Assembly (NCBI RefSeq): GCF_040882205.1
Contig: NZ_JBBEBT010000368.1
Span: 1-50,825 of the forward strand
Reading direction: 5' to 3'
Source: Hyphomonas sp.
GTDB taxonomy: Bacteria > Pseudomonadota > Alphaproteobacteria > Caulobacterales > Hyphomonadaceae
Length of the DNA stretch: 50,825 nucleotides
Shown here: piece after piece, positions 7,821 to 19,437 of the stretch
How positions within the stretch are numbered: the first letter of the stretch is position 1
Layout: each line of letters opens with the position of its first letter
The notes under the pieces: generated by a model
The model's database searches: none
The model's input: the letters and a program-made list of their open reading frames with translations, nothing else
What the model was told of the DNA's origin: nothing
Position numbers and translations under genes: made by a program

Positions 7821-9553
7821 CCGACGCTGCAGTTGCCGGAGCGCCCGAAAAGGCCCCGCCGCGTTTCATCCGCGCACTGAAGGCGATGCGCGACCGGCGC
7901 ATGGCGGCTATGTTCCTGCTGGCCCTCGCCGCCGGCCTGCCTTACGGCGCAGTCCTCGGCACACTGAACGCCTGGCTCACCACGGAAGGCGTCTCGCCTT
8001 CGACCATCGGTGTACTGTCGATTGTCACCATCGGCTATGCCTTCAAGTTTCTCTGGTCGCCGGCCTTCCAGTCAGCGCACCATCCTTTCCCGTTCCTCGG
8101 CCCGCGCCGCACCTGGTTGCTCAGTCTCCAGCTTCCGATCGCGGGTCTGCTCTTCCTGCTCGCCTTTTCGGATCCCGGCGTAAACATCGCGCTGGTGGCC
8201 GTCATTGCTCTGTTCGCAGCACTCTTCTCGGCAACGCATGACATCGTCCTCGACGCTTGGCGCATAGAAGTGGCGCGCTCCGAAGAAGACAAGGACCTGA
8301 TGGCCGCGCTCTACCAGTTCGGCTACCGGATCGCAGGCTTCATCACTGGCTTCCTCGCGCTGCTGCTGGCCGGGGTCTATGGCTGGGTCGTCGTCTATGT
8401 GATGATCGCGGTGATGATGCTGCTCGCCATCGCCGGGACCTTCCTGGCGCCGGAGCCTGCGATCGAGACCGGCCCAGGTACCGCGCGCCTCACTTTCCAG
8501 GCCGGCCTGCCCGCCCGCGAGCGCACCTTTGCGACACTTCTGGTTGCCGCCGGCTGGATCGCCGCCTTCCTTATGATTGCGGGGTTTGTCATTGCCTCCT
8601 TCACGCAGGTTCCGCCGCCGAAGGGCGGAGCCTTCGTCGCGGAGCAGGGTCCGTGGATCGTCTTCCTGACCGTGCTTCTGCCCGCCGCCGGAGCGCTCAT
8701 CCTGCTGCTGCGCCATGGCCGGCAACCGGCGGAAATCGTCGATGGCGCGTCGGATGAGCCAGCCGCCTCCCGTATCACCCGCGCCGTCTTCCGCTCGATC
8801 TTCGATCCGCTGATGGACCTGATCGGCCGCCTCGGCTGGGGCGCGCTGCTCGTCCTCCTGCTGGCGCTGACTTATCGGTTCACCGATTCCGTCTGGGGCT
8901 CGTTCGCCTATCCGTTCTACCTCGACGACCGGTTCGGCGCGCTCCACCACACGATGGCGGATGTCGCGGTTGCCTCGAAATTCTTCGGTGTACTGATGAC
9001 CGTGGCTGGGGCCGCGATCGGCGCGGTTGTGATCAGTTTCATTGGCCGCATGCCGGTGCTGGTCATGGGCGCTGTACTGGCAGCGGCCACCAACCTGCTG
9101 TTCGCAGACCTGTCACGCGGCGGCGCGGGGATTGATGCCTTCCTCGAATGGACGCGTATTGCTGATCCCTTCCGCACCTTCGCCGGATGGGCCGCGCAGG
9201 TCTCGCCGGAAGGGCAGGGCGCCGAAGCGGGTGACCGCATGGCCCGCCTGATGATCGCGATTGCGGGTGAAAACCTTGCCGGCGGTTTTGCCAGCGTGGC
9301 GGTGGTCGCCTTCCTCACGTCGGTGGTGAACCCGCGCTTTGCGGCTGTGCAGTATGCGCTGCTCGCCTCGCTCACCATGCTGATCGGCACGCTCGGCCGC
9401 CCCTGGCTCGGCGCGATGATCGAGACCCAGGGATATTACAGCGTCTTTATACTGACTTTCTGGCTCGGCGGCATCGCGGTGGCGCTCACCCTAATCGAAT
9501 GGGCACGCCAGCTGCGTTTACCGAAACCCGCCGAAGCCCTGGCTGCAGGTTGA
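7817..9553 (+). CDS. ampG: AmpG family muropeptide MFS permease
   Basis: AAGLPY, YAFKFLWSP, LGPRRTWL, SATHDIVLDAWRIE, AVQYALLASL; ATGA overlap with the kinase stop. Confidence 0.88.
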   Translation: MTDAAVAGAPEKAPPRFIRALKAMRDRRMAAMFLLALAAGLPYGAVLGTLNAWLTTEGVSPSTIGVLSIVTIGYAFKFLWSPAFQSAHHPFPFLGPRRTWLLSLQLPIAGLLFLLAFSDPGVNIALVAVIALFAALFSATHDIVLDAWRIEVARSEEDKDLMAALYQFGYRIAGFITGFLALLLAGVYGWVVVYVMIAVMMLLAIAGTFLAPEPAIETGPGTARLTFQAGLPARERTFATLLVAAGWIAAFLMIAGFVIASFTQVPPPKGGAFVAEQGPWIVFLTVLLPAAGALILLLRHGRQPAEIVDGASDEPAASRITRAVFRSIFDPLMDLIGRLGWGALLVLLLALTYRFTDSVWGSFAYPFYLDDRFGALHHTMADVAVASKFFGVLMTVAGAAIGAVVISFIGRMPVLVMGAVLAAATNLLFADLSRGGAGIDAFLEWTRIADPFRTFAGWAAQVSPEGQGAEAGDRMARLMIAIAGENLAGGFASVAVVAFLTSVVNPRFAAVQYALLASLTMLIGTLGRPWLGAMIETQGYYSVFILTFWLGGIAVALTLIEWARQLRLPKPAEALAAG

Positions 9554-9557
9554 TCTT

Positions 9558-11834
9558 TCAGGCGCTGTGCACCTGGTCGATGTCATAGGCAGCCAGCGTG
9601 GCAAGGTCCACGATATCGCCGACCGTCGCACCGAGTGAGGCAATCTGCACCGGCTTCTCAAGGCCCAGAAGCATCGGTCCGATAATCGTGGCGCGGCTCA
9701 TCTGCTCAAGCAGGTTGGTCGCGATCGACGCGGAGTGGATCGCCGGCATCACCAGGATGTTCGCCGGCCCGGTCAGGCGCGAGAACGGGTAAAGCAGGCG
9801 GTGGTTCGGATTGAGCGCCACGTCGGCGTTCATGTCGCCTTCGTATTCGAAGTCGATGCCTGTCGTGCGGTCGAGGATACACACCGCATCGCGCACCTTG
9901 TCGCCGCGCTCGCCCATCGGATTGCCGAAGGTCGAGTAGGAGACGAAGGCCACGCGCGGCTGGAAACCAACGCTGCGCACGGCGCGCACGGCTTCCAGCG
10001 CAATGTTTGCCAGCGTCTGACCGTCCGGTAACTCGTTGACGCTCGTATCCGCAATGAAGATCGTCTTGCCCATATTGATCACCATCGACATGCCGATCAC
10101 GGCCTGTCCGGGGATCGGATCGAGCACCAGAAGGGCATCCTTGAGGGCGGCGTCATAGGCCCGCGTCACGCCGGTGACCATGCCATCCGCATCGCCGTTC
10201 TTCAGCATGCAACAGCCGAACACGTTGCGGTCCTGGTTGACGAGGCGCTGCACGTCGCGCTTCAGGAAACCTTTGCGCTGGAGGCGCTGGTAAAGCATGT
10301 CGACATAGGCGGGATTGTTGTCCGACAGGCGCGCGTTGATGATGTCGAGCGAGCCGGCCGGCACGCCCATCTGCTCCATCGTCGCCTTGACCTGCGCTTC
10401 GCGCCCGATCAGGATCGGATGGCCAAGGCCCTGGTTCTTGAAACTCCAGGCAGCGCGCACCACTGCCGGCTCTTCGCCTTCGGCAAACACGATGCGGCGC
10501 TGCACATCCCGGCACTTCGCCTGCACGCCCTGCAGGAAAGCGGCAGACGGATCGGCGCGTCGCACCAGGCTCTGGCGGTAGGCATCCATGTCGGTGATCG
10601 GCTTGCGCGCTACGCCGGTATCCATCGCGGCCTGCGCCACCAGCGGCGGCACGAAGCTGATCAGGCGTGGGTCGAACGGCGTCGGGATGATGTATTCGCG
10701 GCCGAAGGTCGGGCGGGCGCCGTGATAGGCAGCGGCCACCTCGTCCGGCACGTCTTCGCGCGCGAGTTCGGCGAGGGCGCGCGCCGCGGCGACCTTCATC
10801 TCCTCGTTGATGCTGCGTGCCCGGACATCCAGAGCACCCCGGAAGATGTAAGGAAAACCGAGAACGTTGTTGACCTGATTGGGATAATCCGACCGCCCTG
10901 TGGCGATGATCGCGTCGCTGCGGACAGACTTGATGTCTTCCGGCGTGATTTCCGGATCCGGGTTCGCCATCGCGAAGATGATCGGGTTCTTGGCCATGGA
11001 TTTCACCATGTCCTTGGTCACCGCGCCCTTGACCGAAAGCCCGAGGAAAACATCCGCGCCGTCCATGGCGTCCGCAAGCGTGCGCTTCTTGGTCTTCACC
11101 GCGAAGGCAGACTTGAACTGGTCCATCTTCTCCGTGCGGCCTTCATAGATGACGCCGGCGGTATCGCAGAGGAGGATGTTCCCACCCTTCACGCCGAGAT
11201 GCCGGATCAGGCCGGCAACCGAAAGTCCGGCCGCGCCGGCGCCGGAGACGGCAACCTTCACATCGGAAAGCTTGCGGCCCGTGATGTGGCACGCATTGAT
11301 CAGGCCGGCGGCAGCGATGATCGCCGTGCCGTGCTGGTCGTCGTGGAAAACCGGAATGTCGAGTTCTTCGCGCAGGCGGCTCTCGATGATGAAGCAATCC
11401 GGCGCCGAGATGTCCTCGAGGTTGATGCCGCCCCAGGTCGCGCCGATATTGCGAACGGTTCGGATGAAGTCCTCGGCGTCGCACGTGTTCACTTCGACAT
11501 CGAAACTGTCGATGTCGGCGAAGCGCTTGAACAGCACCGCCTTGCCTTCCATCACCGGCTTTGAGGCCATCGGCCCGAGATTGCCGAGCCCGAGGATGGC
11601 CGTACCGTTCGAGATCACCGCTACGAGGTTGCCCTTGGACGTATAGTCATAAGCCAGGTCTTCGTTCTGGGCGATTGCCAGAACCGGGATGGCCACGCCG
11701 GGGCTGTAGGCCAGCGACAGATCGCGCTGCGTGCCCATCGGTTTGGTGGGGATCATCGATATCTTGCCCGCCGTCGGGTGCGAGTGGAAATCGAGGGCTT
11801 CCTGGTCCGTGAAGCTCGGGCGCTGCGTGGTCAT
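9558..11834 (-). CDS. maeB: NADP-dependent malic enzyme with PTA-like domain (MaeB)
   Basis: [50 protein letters not shown]-terminal [12 protein letters not shown] domain; 758 aa. Confidence 0.96.
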   Translation of the reverse strand: MTTQRPSFTDQEALDFHSHPTAGKISMIPTKPMGTQRDLSLAYSPGVAIPVLAIAQNEDLAYDYTSKGNLVAVISNGTAILGLGNLGPMASKPVMEGKAVLFKRFADIDSFDVEVNTCDAEDFIRTVRNIGATWGGINLEDISAPDCFIIESRLREELDIPVFHDDQHGTAIIAAAGLINACHITGRKLSDVKVAVSGAGAAGLSVAGLIRHLGVKGGNILLCDTAGVIYEGRTEKMDQFKSAFAVKTKKRTLADAMDGADVFLGLSVKGAVTKDMVKSMAKNPIIFAMANPDPEITPEDIKSVRSDAIIATGRSDYPNQVNNVLGFPYIFRGALDVRARSINEEMKVAAARALAELAREDVPDEVAAAYHGARPTFGREYIIPTPFDPRLISFVPPLVAQAAMDTGVARKPITDMDAYRQSLVRRADPSAAFLQGVQAKCRDVQRRIVFAEGEEPAVVRAAWSFKNQGLGHPILIGREAQVKATMEQMGVPAGSLDIINARLSDNNPAYVDMLYQRLQRKGFLKRDVQRLVNQDRNVFGCCMLKNGDADGMVTGVTRAYDAALKDALLVLDPIPGQAVIGMSMVINMGKTIFIADTSVNELPDGQTLANIALEAVRAVRSVGFQPRVAFVSYSTFGNPMGERGDKVRDAVCILDRTTGIDFEYEGDMNADVALNPNHRLLYPFSRLTGPANILVMPAIHSASIATNLLEQMSRATIIGPMLLGLEKPVQIASLGATVGDIVDLATLAAYDIDQVHSA

Positions 11835-11968
11835 GTGGGCTCTGTATCAGTTGGAACGGGCTATTCCCCCGTCTAGGCCGCGCCGGTGCGCCTGCCAACA
11901 GTCAAATCCGCACAGCTGGCTGCCTCCGGCTTTGCGAATCTGGCCCGCAACGGCTAGCGTGCCGCTCC

Positions 11969-14665
11969 ATGCCGGACACCGCTTCCAAATCCCCGCCTGC
12001 CGCCGCTGCGTCCGAGCCAACGCCGTTCATGGCGCAGTACCTGTCGATCAAGGCATCGCAGCCTGACGCGCTCCTGTTCTTCCGGATGGGCGATTTTTAT
12101 GAATTGTTCTTCGGCGATGCGGTGATCGCCGCCGGTATCCTCGACATCACACTTACCTCGCGCGGCGCGCATGACGGCGCGCCGATCCCGATGGCCGGCG
12201 TGCCCTATCACGCCGCCGAAGGCTATCTCGCCCGACTGATCAGGGCCGGCTGCCGGGTCGCGGTGTGCGAGCAGACCGAAAGCCCGGCAGAGGCCAAGAA
12301 GCGCGGTTCCAAATCCATCGTGCGCCGCGAAATTGTCCGCGTCGTCACGCCAGGGACGCTGACAGAGGAAACCCTGCTGCCCGCCCGGCAGGGCCAGGCC
12401 CTCGCGGCGCTGGCTTTCACGGGGCAGGGCGAGGCCGCGCTCGCCGTCTGCGACGTCTCTACCGGCCTGTTCGAACTCACGGCGCTTGAGCCTGCCCGAA
12501 TCGGGGATGCGCTGCTCGCCTGGCCGCTCAGCGAACTCGTCGTGTCGGACGCCGACCAGGCCCGGCCCGCCCTCGCGGGTCTGCGCGAAATGACCACCGC
12601 GCCGATCACCGAACGCCCGGCCCGCACCGGTACACCGAAATCCGGCGAAGCGCTCCTTAAGGAAGCCTTCGGCGTCGCGGCGCTCGACGCCCTCGGCGAT
12701 TTCTCGAAAGCCGAACTCGCCGCCGCCGGCCTGCTGCTCGACTATGTGAAACTCACGCAGGCTGGCCGCCCGGCCCGCCTTGCTGCCCCGAAACGCGGCG
12801 AGCCGGGCGGCGCGCTGCTGATCGACCCTGCCACCCGCGCCAGCCTCGAGATCGACCGCTCCTTCACGCGCGGCCGCGAAGGCTCCCTGCTCGCCGCCAT
12901 CGACCGCACGGTCACCGCGCCCGGTGCGCGCCTGCTTGCTACGCAACTCGCCCGTCCTTCGCGCGATCGCAGTGAGATCGAAACCCGCTTCGATGCGGTC
13001 AGCTTCTTTGCCGGGGAGCGCCGCATACTCGGCGATGTGCGCGCCGCCCTCAAAGCTGCGCCGGATCTTGAACGCGCCGCGGCGCGTCTCGCCCTCGGCC
13101 GGGGCGGTCCGCGCGACCTGCAGGCACTCGCCCGTGCGCTGGCGTCTGGCCTGCAGGCAGCTCGCCTGCTCAACACCTCCGGCGCGCCGCTTCCCGGCCG
13201 CCTCGCCGCAGCAGCAGAAGTCCTCGGCCTTACGGGAGCACCAGGCATTGCCGCGCTTGCGGACGAGCTTGGCCGCGCGCTGAACGACGCGCCGCCCATG
13301 TTTGCCCGCGACGGCGGTTTCATCGCGCCCGGCTGGAGCGTTGCTCTCGACGAAGTGCGCGGTCTGCGCGAGGACAGCCGCCGCGTCATCGCGCAGATGC
13401 AAGGCCGCTACGCGGATGCAGCCGGTATCAATGCGCTGAAGATCAAATTCAACAATGTCCTTGGCTACTTCATCGAAGTGCCCGCGCGCCTTGCCGACCC
13501 GATGCTGAAACCGCCGCTGGCAAACGATTTCATCCACCGCCAGACCATGGCCGGCGCCGTGCGCTTCTCGACCACCGAACTTGCTGAACTCGCCGGCCGC
13601 ATAAGCCGCGCCGAAGAGGAATCCAGGGCGCTCGAGATTGCGCTGTTCGATGGCTTCTGCGCGCGCGTGTCTGCCGAAAGCGAAACACTGGCGCGCGTCG
13701 CCGCCGCGATTGCAGCCATCGACGTCGCCGCCGCCAATGCCGTCTGGGCCGATGAGACAGGCGCGGTGCGGCCTGTCATCGACACCGCCCCGGTGTTTGA
13801 AGCAAAAGGCCTGCGCCATCCGGTCGTCGAAGCGGCCCTGCGCCGGGAAGGGAAAGGTTTCACCGCCAACGATCTGAGCCTCGACGCCGGCGTCAAAGTC
13901 GCGCCGCGTTTCCTGCTGGTCACCGGCCCGAACATGGCCGGCAAATCGACCTACCTGCGCCAGTCGGCGCTGGCCGTCATCCTCGCGCAGGCGGGCTGCT
14001 TCGTACCCGCCGTCTCGATGCGCCTCGGTCTTGCCGACCGCGTCTTCTCCCGGGTTGGTGCCTCTGATGATCTTGCGCGCGGGCGCTCGACCTTCATGGT
14101 CGAGATGGTCGAGACCGCCGCGATCCTCAATCAGGCAACACCCGACAGTTTCGTCATCCTCGATGAAGTCGGCCGCGGCACGGCGACCTGGGACGGCCTC
14201 GCCATCGCCTGGGCGGCAGTCGAACACCTGCACGAGCAGACCCGCTGCCGCGCCATCTTCGCCACCCACTATCATGAACTCACCGCGCTCGCGGCCGAGC
14301 TTCCGGGCGCGGCCAATGCCAGCCTCAAGGCGCGGGAATGGAAGCAGGACCTGATCTTCCTGCACGAGGTTCAGCCCGGTCCGGCAGACCGTTCCTACGG
14401 CGTGCAGGTCGCCCGCCTCGCAGGTCTGCCGCGCAGCGCAGTCAGCCGCGCCGCGCAGATACTGAAACAGCTGGAAGCCGGCCCCTCGGCGGCTGAAAGT
14501 CTGCCGCTGTTTGCCGCGGCGCCGTCAAATGAAACCCCGGAGGCGTCAACGCAAGCGCAGGCCGTCTTCGCCGCGCTGGATGCGCTCGATCCGGACGCGC
14601 TCAGCCCGCGCGAGGCCCTCGCCGCGCTCTACGAACTCAAGGCTCTGGGTAAAGGGAAAGACTGA
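11969..14665 (+). CDS. mutS: DNA mismatch repair protein MutS
   Basis: [56 protein letters not shown]. Confidence 0.98.
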   Translation: MPDTASKSPPAAAASEPTPFMAQYLSIKASQPDALLFFRMGDFYELFFGDAVIAAGILDITLTSRGAHDGAPIPMAGVPYHAAEGYLARLIRAGCRVAVCEQTESPAEAKKRGSKSIVRREIVRVVTPGTLTEETLLPARQGQALAALAFTGQGEAALAVCDVSTGLFELTALEPARIGDALLAWPLSELVVSDADQARPALAGLREMTTAPITERPARTGTPKSGEALLKEAFGVAALDALGDFSKAELAAAGLLLDYVKLTQAGRPARLAAPKRGEPGGALLIDPATRASLEIDRSFTRGREGSLLAAIDRTVTAPGARLLATQLARPSRDRSEIETRFDAVSFFAGERRILGDVRAALKAAPDLERAAARLALGRGGPRDLQALARALASGLQAARLLNTSGAPLPGRLAAAAEVLGLTGAPGIAALADELGRALNDAPPMFARDGGFIAPGWSVALDEVRGLREDSRRVIAQMQGRYADAAGINALKIKFNNVLGYFIEVPARLADPMLKPPLANDFIHRQTMAGAVRFSTTELAELAGRISRAEEESRALEIALFDGFCARVSAESETLARVAAAIAAIDVAAANAVWADETGAVRPVIDTAPVFEAKGLRHPVVEAALRREGKGFTANDLSLDAGVKVAPRFLLVTGPNMAGKSTYLRQSALAVILAQAGCFVPAVSMRLGLADRVFSRVGASDDLARGRSTFMVEMVETAAILNQATPDSFVILDEVGRGTATWDGLAIAWAAVEHLHEQTRCRAIFATHYHELTALAAELPGAANASLKAREWKQDLIFLHEVQPGPADRSYGVQVARLAGLPRSAVSRAAQILKQLEAGPSAAESLPLFAAAPSNETPEASTQAQAVFAALDALDPDALSPREALAALYELKALGKGKD

Positions 14666-14674
14666 CGCCGCGCC

Positions 14675-15106
14675 TCAGCGCGCGCGCAGCGCAAGGGCTT
14701 CCAGCACGCGCACAGCGGCCTGCAGGCTTTCAATATCGCCGATTTCCTCGACCAGCCGCCGCGCATCGCGCTTCAGATCATGCGCCTGCAGCACGCGTCC
14801 GCGCGCGTCGTCGGCGTTTTCGGTCATCTCGAACGGCTCATAAAACCAGCCGATTGGCCGGCTTAGCGCCTGCGCGATTTCGAGGAGGCGGCCCGCCGAC
14901 ATCCGGCTGTGGCCCGCTTCATATTTCTGGATCTGCTGGAAGGTGACGCCGAGGAGCGCAGCAAGCGCTTCCTGCGTCAGGCCAAGCTCGCGCCGGCCCA
15001 GACGCAGGCGCTGGCCAACGAACCGGTCGGCATCAGTCGGCTTGCGCGCTTCATGGGCGGGCGAGGTTTCGTCACGTGTCGCCAAGGCAGTCTCCAGCCC
15101 GGACAT
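14675..15106 (-). CDS. XRE-family helix-turn-helix transcriptional regulator
   Basis: DRFVGQRLRLGRRELGLTQEALAALLGVTFQQIQKYEAG, typical alphaproteobacterial HTH_3. Confidence 0.9.
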   Translation of the reverse strand: MSGLETALATRDETSPAHEARKPTDADRFVGQRLRLGRRELGLTQEALAALLGVTFQQIQKYEAGHSRMSAGRLLEIAQALSRPIGWFYEPFEMTENADDARGRVLQAHDLKRDARRLVEEIGDIESLQAAVRVLEALALRAR

Positions 15107-15188
15107 GATTGTCCAGCTCTGGATACTGCAAGCTGCAGGCCAGATCCGACCGCTTCGTGTACGTCCGCAGCTTGCCGCCGCGCGCAGC

Positions 15189-15875
15189 TCAGGCGGTAAC
15201 CTTTACCGGCGGCTCGAACTTCGTGGCCTTCAGGATCATCTCGTCCGGGGCCGCGATCATCGCCTTGTACATCGCTTCCGGGTAGGCCTGATGCGGCTTG
15301 GCCGGATCATAGGCCGGCTGTTTCACGGCGCCGCCTTCGCCTGCGTAGGTGTCCGGATGCTTGAAAGTTTCCAGCTCAGCCGGCGTGATACCGACCTTCT
15401 CGACCACCGACGGATCAATCCAGGCACGCGGATCGATCGGCACGGTCGAGCAGGCCACTTCGAGGGTCATGTTGTCCGGCCCGGCAAAATAGATCGAGTG
15501 GCACATCGCATGGTCCATCGGGCCGATGACATTGACGCCCTTGGTGCGGATCCGGTCACGGATCGCCAGCAGGTCGTCAAGCGTGTCCACCCGGAAGGCG
15601 AGGTGCTGCATCGTTCCGGGGGCAGACGGCCCGGCCCCGGTGCCGGCATGCGTCACGCCCAGCTGGATGGGGATATCCTTCACCGCCGGAAGCTGCACCA
15701 CCGAGAAGTAGGAGTGATCATCCATGTGCAGGAAGGCATGCACGCCGCCCGGCACGCCGTGCATATCGAACAGGGCCGAGAGCTGGAAGCCCATAACGTC
15801 GGAAAAGAACGCGATATGCTCGCGGATGTCCGCTGCCATGATCGCAATATGGTGAATGCCGTTCGCCTTGATCAT
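15189..15875 (-). CDS. VOC/glyoxalase family protein
   Basis: GIHHIAI, MQHLAF, HSIYFAGPDNMTLE metal-binding pattern; GGGAGA RBS before ATG 15875. Confidence 0.88.
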   Translation of the reverse strand: MIKANGIHHIAIMAADIREHIAFFSDVMGFQLSALFDMHGVPGGVHAFLHMDDHSYFSVVQLPAVKDIPIQLGVTHAGTGAGPSAPGTMQHLAFRVDTLDDLLAIRDRIRTKGVNVIGPMDHAMCHSIYFAGPDNMTLEVACSTVPIDPRAWIDPSVVEKVGITPAELETFKHPDTYAGEGGAVKQPAYDPAKPHQAYPEAMYKAMIAAPDEMILKATKFEPPVKVTA

Positions 15876-15970
15876 GACGTCTGTCTCCCTTGACCCTGCG
15901 GCCACATGGACAGGGCCGTTCTGACGCATAATGTGCACCCCATAACCCAAAGGGGCAAGGAGGCAGGTCG

Positions 15971-17140
15971 ATGGCTGGCGCAGGGGAAATCGTCCGGGAG
16001 CCCTATCTCGTGATCCACAAGGACCCATCTGCCTTCAAGGATGTCTATGGCGGGGCAGGGGACAATATCGCCGTCGAGTGCATGCGCATCTATCCGGCCG
16101 GCACGAAGGCCGACAGCGTCGTCATCTTCTCCCACCCCATCGGAGGCGGCGCTTTCCTGCCGCTCGTCTCCGCCCTCGCCCGCGGGGGTCAGCACGTCAT
16201 CTATGCCAACACGCGCTACAGGGGGAACGATACCGCGCTGATCATGGAGAAATGCGCCGCCGATTTCGGCGCCTGTACAGAGCATGCGCGCACGCGCCTC
16301 GGCTACAAGCGCATCATCCTCGGCGGCTGGTCCGGCGGCGGCTCGCTGTCGCTGTTCTACCAGGACCAGGCCGAGCGCCCCACCCTCACCCACACGCCCG
16401 CAGGCGACGCCTACGACCTGACCAAAAAAGCCATGCCGCCTGCGGATGGTATCATGCTGCTCGCCGCACATGTCAGCCGCGCCATCACGCTGACCGAATG
16501 GATGGACCCGTCAATCACCGACGAGACGCGCCCCTTCGACCGCGACCCGGCCCTCAACATCTATGACCCCGCATGCCCTGCACAGCCTCCTTATACGGAA
16601 GATTTTGTCGACCGTTTCCGCGCCGCCCAGCTCGCCCGCAACCGCCGCATCACGGCCTGGGTGCAAGGCACGCTGGAAGAGCTGCGCCGAAAGGGCGAGG
16701 ACAACGCCGAACGCGCCTTCACCGTGCACGGAACAATGTCGAGCGTCTGCTGGACGGACCCCGCGCAGGAGCCATCTGACCGGCGCCCCTATACCTGCTA
16801 TCTCGGTGAGCCGCGCATCGCGAACGATGGTCCGGTCGGTCTCGCCCGGTTTACCACGCTGCGCTCCTGGCTTTCGCAATGGGGCTACGACACCACCAAT
16901 GCGGACGGCCTCGGCAATGCCTCGCGCATTTCCTGTCCGGTCATCGTGATCAACAATACGGCGGATCTCGCCTGCACCCCCAGCCATGCTCGCCGCCTGT
17001 ATGAGGCGGTCAGTCATGACAGGAAGTCCTATCATGACATTCAGGGGGCCGATCATTATTACATAGAGCGTCCGGACCTGCTGCCGCAGGCGGTCAAGGT
17101 CTGTTCAGACTGGCTGGAAAAGGAAGGCCTCGCGGGCTGA
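15971..17140 (+). CDS. Alpha/beta hydrolase
   Basis: GWSGG nucleophile elbow, ADLAC (Asp), GADHYY (His); GGAGG RBS. Confidence 0.88.
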   Translation: MAGAGEIVREPYLVIHKDPSAFKDVYGGAGDNIAVECMRIYPAGTKADSVVIFSHPIGGGAFLPLVSALARGGQHVIYANTRYRGNDTALIMEKCAADFGACTEHARTRLGYKRIILGGWSGGGSLSLFYQDQAERPTLTHTPAGDAYDLTKKAMPPADGIMLLAAHVSRAITLTEWMDPSITDETRPFDRDPALNIYDPACPAQPPYTEDFVDRFRAAQLARNRRITAWVQGTLEELRRKGEDNAERAFTVHGTMSSVCWTDPAQEPSDRRPYTCYLGEPRIANDGPVGLARFTTLRSWLSQWGYDTTNADGLGNASRISCPVIVINNTADLACTPSHARRLYEAVSHDRKSYHDIQGADHYYIERPDLLPQAVKVCSDWLEKEGLAG

Positions 17141-17153
17141 TCCCTTCGGGAGG

Positions 17154-17522
17154 CTATTGCGGCAGGCGGACGATATCGTCTTCATCGGACGGCGCCGCTT
17201 TCGGTGCCAGGAGATCGTCAGACGTTTCCGGCGCATCCTGCAACTGGATGCCGAGGTCCGGGACATCCTCGAAGCTCGCGCCTGTCGATCCCGGTGCCAC
17301 GATCAGGCCGCCTTGCGCCGTGCCGGCGCCGGAGCCGACAATCATCCGGCCGGGTTCTTCCGCCTTGCGGCCGATATTGAGGTTGAGGGTGCCTTGCACC
17401 TCCGCGATCTCAGTGGCCGCTTTCGCAGCGGGGCCTCCGGCGGTCTCGCCGGAGGCCGTGGCCGTGCAGGAGGCGGCGGTTCCGGCGAGCGAAAGAAGGA
17501 GAAGGGCAGCAACCGGTTTCAT
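17154..17522 (-). CDS. Hypothetical lipoprotein
   Basis: Signal peptide with AASC lipobox-like motif; GAGGA RBS; follows gshB. Confidence 0.7.
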   Translation of the reverse strand: MKPVAALLLLSLAGTAASCTATASGETAGGPAAKAATEIAEVQGTLNLNIGRKAEEPGRMIVGSGAGTAQGGLIVAPGSTGASFEDVPDLGIQLQDAPETSDDLLAPKAAPSDEDDIVRLPQ

Positions 17523-17531
17523 CCGAATTCC

Positions 17532-18500
17532 TCAGGCATGATGCTGCAGCGAACGGGCTGCGAGCTTGGTTTCCACAACGTCCCAGAATTTTGCCGCCGC
17601 ATCAATGCCGGATAACCGTTTGAGGGCCTGAAGACCGGTCGGGGAGGTGACATTAACCTCCGTCAGCCGTCCGCCGATCACGTCGATGCCGGTCAAGACC
17701 AGCCCGCGCCGCTTCAGTTCCGGTCCGATGCGGGCGCAGATCTGCTTGTCGGCGGCCGAAAGCTCGGTCGCCTCGGCCGTGCCCCCCACCACCAGGTTCG
17801 AACGCACCTGTCCGGCCTTCGGTCTGCGGTTGATCGCGCCGACCGCCTCGCCGTCGATGAGGATGATGCGCTTGTCGCCGTCTGCCACCGCCGGCAGGAA
17901 CGCCTGCACCATCACCGGCTCGCCGGAGCGGCCGAGGAAGAGTTCCAGCAACGAATCGAGGTTTGAATCCTCTTGCGTCAGCCGGAACACACCCGCCCCG
18001 CCATGCCCGTAGAGGGGCTTGACGATGATGTCGTGATGCCGGGCGCGGAAGGCGTCGATCACCGCCCGGTCGCGGGTCACCAGTGTCGGCGGCATGATGT
18101 CCGCGAACATCAAGGGGAAAATCTTCTCGGGGCTCGAGCGTACGCCTGCCGGGTCGTTCAGCACCAGCGTCTCGCCGGACACTTCCTCCAGCAGGTGACA
18201 GGCGGTGATATAGCCCATGTCGAACGGCGGATCCTGCCGCATCAGGATCACGTCGGTGTCGTTTGCGAGGTCCAGCGTGACGGCTTCGCCGAACAGGCCG
18301 GGCGTCTCGCGAACCCGCTGCACCCGGGCCGGCCTGGCGCGCGCCGTCACCCGGCCTTCGGTCCAGGCCAGATCACTGACGCCGTAGACGAAAATCTCAT
18401 GGCCGCGCGCCTGCGCGACTTCGGCGAGGGCGAAGGTCGTGTCGCCGTCAATATTGACCCGTTCGAGCGGGTCCATCTGGATTGCGATACGCTGTTTCAC
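17532..18500 (-). CDS. gshB: Glutathione synthetase
   Basis: IAIQMDP, MRQDPPFDMGY, KPLYGHGGAGV, GDKRIIL, RSNLVVGG, EVNVTSPTG. Confidence 0.97.
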   Translation of the reverse strand: MKQRIAIQMDPLERVNIDGDTTFALAEVAQARGHEIFVYGVSDLAWTEGRVTARARPARVQRVRETPGLFGEAVTLDLANDTDVILMRQDPPFDMGYITACHLLEEVSGETLVLNDPAGVRSSPEKIFPLMFADIMPPTLVTRDRAVIDAFRARHHDIIVKPLYGHGGAGVFRLTQEDSNLDSLLELFLGRSGEPVMVQAFLPAVADGDKRIILIDGEAVGAINRRPKAGQVRSNLVVGGTAEATELSAADKQICARIGPELKRRGLVLTGIDVIGGRLTEVNVTSPTGLQALKRLSGIDAAAKFWDVVETKLAARSLQHHA

Positions 18501-18538
18501 GCGGCTTCAGCCCCCGGATTAACGGAAGGCGCGCGGTG

Positions 18539-19243
18539 TCAGCGGCTTCCTGTGTCGTAACTCGCGCCGTGCAGTTCAGGCATCGGCTCGGTCGTATATG
18601 ACGCGTCGGGGGCTGGTTGATAAGTGGGGGCCGGTGTTTGTGTGGAGACCGGCGCTGCGGGCTGGCCGGCCTCGTCGCGCACGCGCACATAGGAAACAAC
18701 CTGCGTCACGCCGCCCACAACGCTGGCTTCCTCTGCCGCCTTGCGCAGCTCCTCGGTGTCCCGGGCGATACCCATCAGATACACCACGCCGCCATAGGTC
18801 TCGATGTTGAAATTGACGCTCTTGACCGAGCTCGAGCCGATCAGGCGGGCCCGGACACGGCCGGTGATAATCTCGTCGGACACATTCGCCATGAACCCGC
18901 CCGGGGCCTCGATGCGGATCTCGTTGGCCACATCCTGCGTGCGCGAGGAGCTCCAGGCGATCCCTTCGGCATAGGTGCGGTCTTCAGGCGCGTTCACCCG
19001 GCCGGACAGCAGCACGAGGCCGCTCGAGACTTCCACATCCACTTCGCCGAACCTGGCGCCGCTTTCGTTCAGCAACTTGGCCTTGATCTCGTTGGACGCG
19101 GTCGCGTCGTCCAGGGCCTCGCCCATGGTTTTTTCCTGAACGGAGGTCAGCCCGACCGCCCCGGCGGTCCCGACCACGGCAGCGGCGCAGCCGGTCAGTG
19201 AAAGGGAGGCAAGCACGAGCGGAAGGGCAAAAATGGCACGCAT
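18539..19243 (-). CDS. Dual BON-domain lipoprotein (YraP/DolP-like)
   Basis: LTGC lipobox; two BON repeats (DATASNEIKAKLL..GLVLLSGRV; DEIITGRVRARLI..GVVYLMG). Confidence 0.88.
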   Translation of the reverse strand: MRAIFALPLVLASLSLTGCAAAVVGTAGAVGLTSVQEKTMGEALDDATASNEIKAKLLNESGARFGEVDVEVSSGLVLLSGRVNAPEDRTYAEGIAWSSSRTQDVANEIRIEAPGGFMANVSDEIITGRVRARLIGSSSVKSVNFNIETYGGVVYLMGIARDTEELRKAAEEASVVGGVTQVVSYVRVRDEAGQPAAPVSTQTPAPTYQPAPDASYTTEPMPELHGASYDTGSR

Positions 19244-19437
19244 GGAGGAAATCCCGGAAGTCACGGTGGAGAAAACTTCATTACCCTCAAGATAGGGCCA
19301 AACTCGGGCATCTTCCTAATGAAACCCTGTATAGCTTCTGAACAAACCGCGCGCTTGCCCGCCGCTGCGTCTTTTTTCTGGTTGGGAAGGCCCGCGCATG
19401 TTAAGTTTGCACAAAGGTCGCAAAAGGAGCCCTTGCC

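Noticed and set aside
11954-14365. Long antisense ORFs (803 aa opposite mutS; also 1022 aa opposite sucA and 665 aa opposite tipN)
   Set aside because: Shadow ORFs expected from high-GC codon bias; no protein motifs
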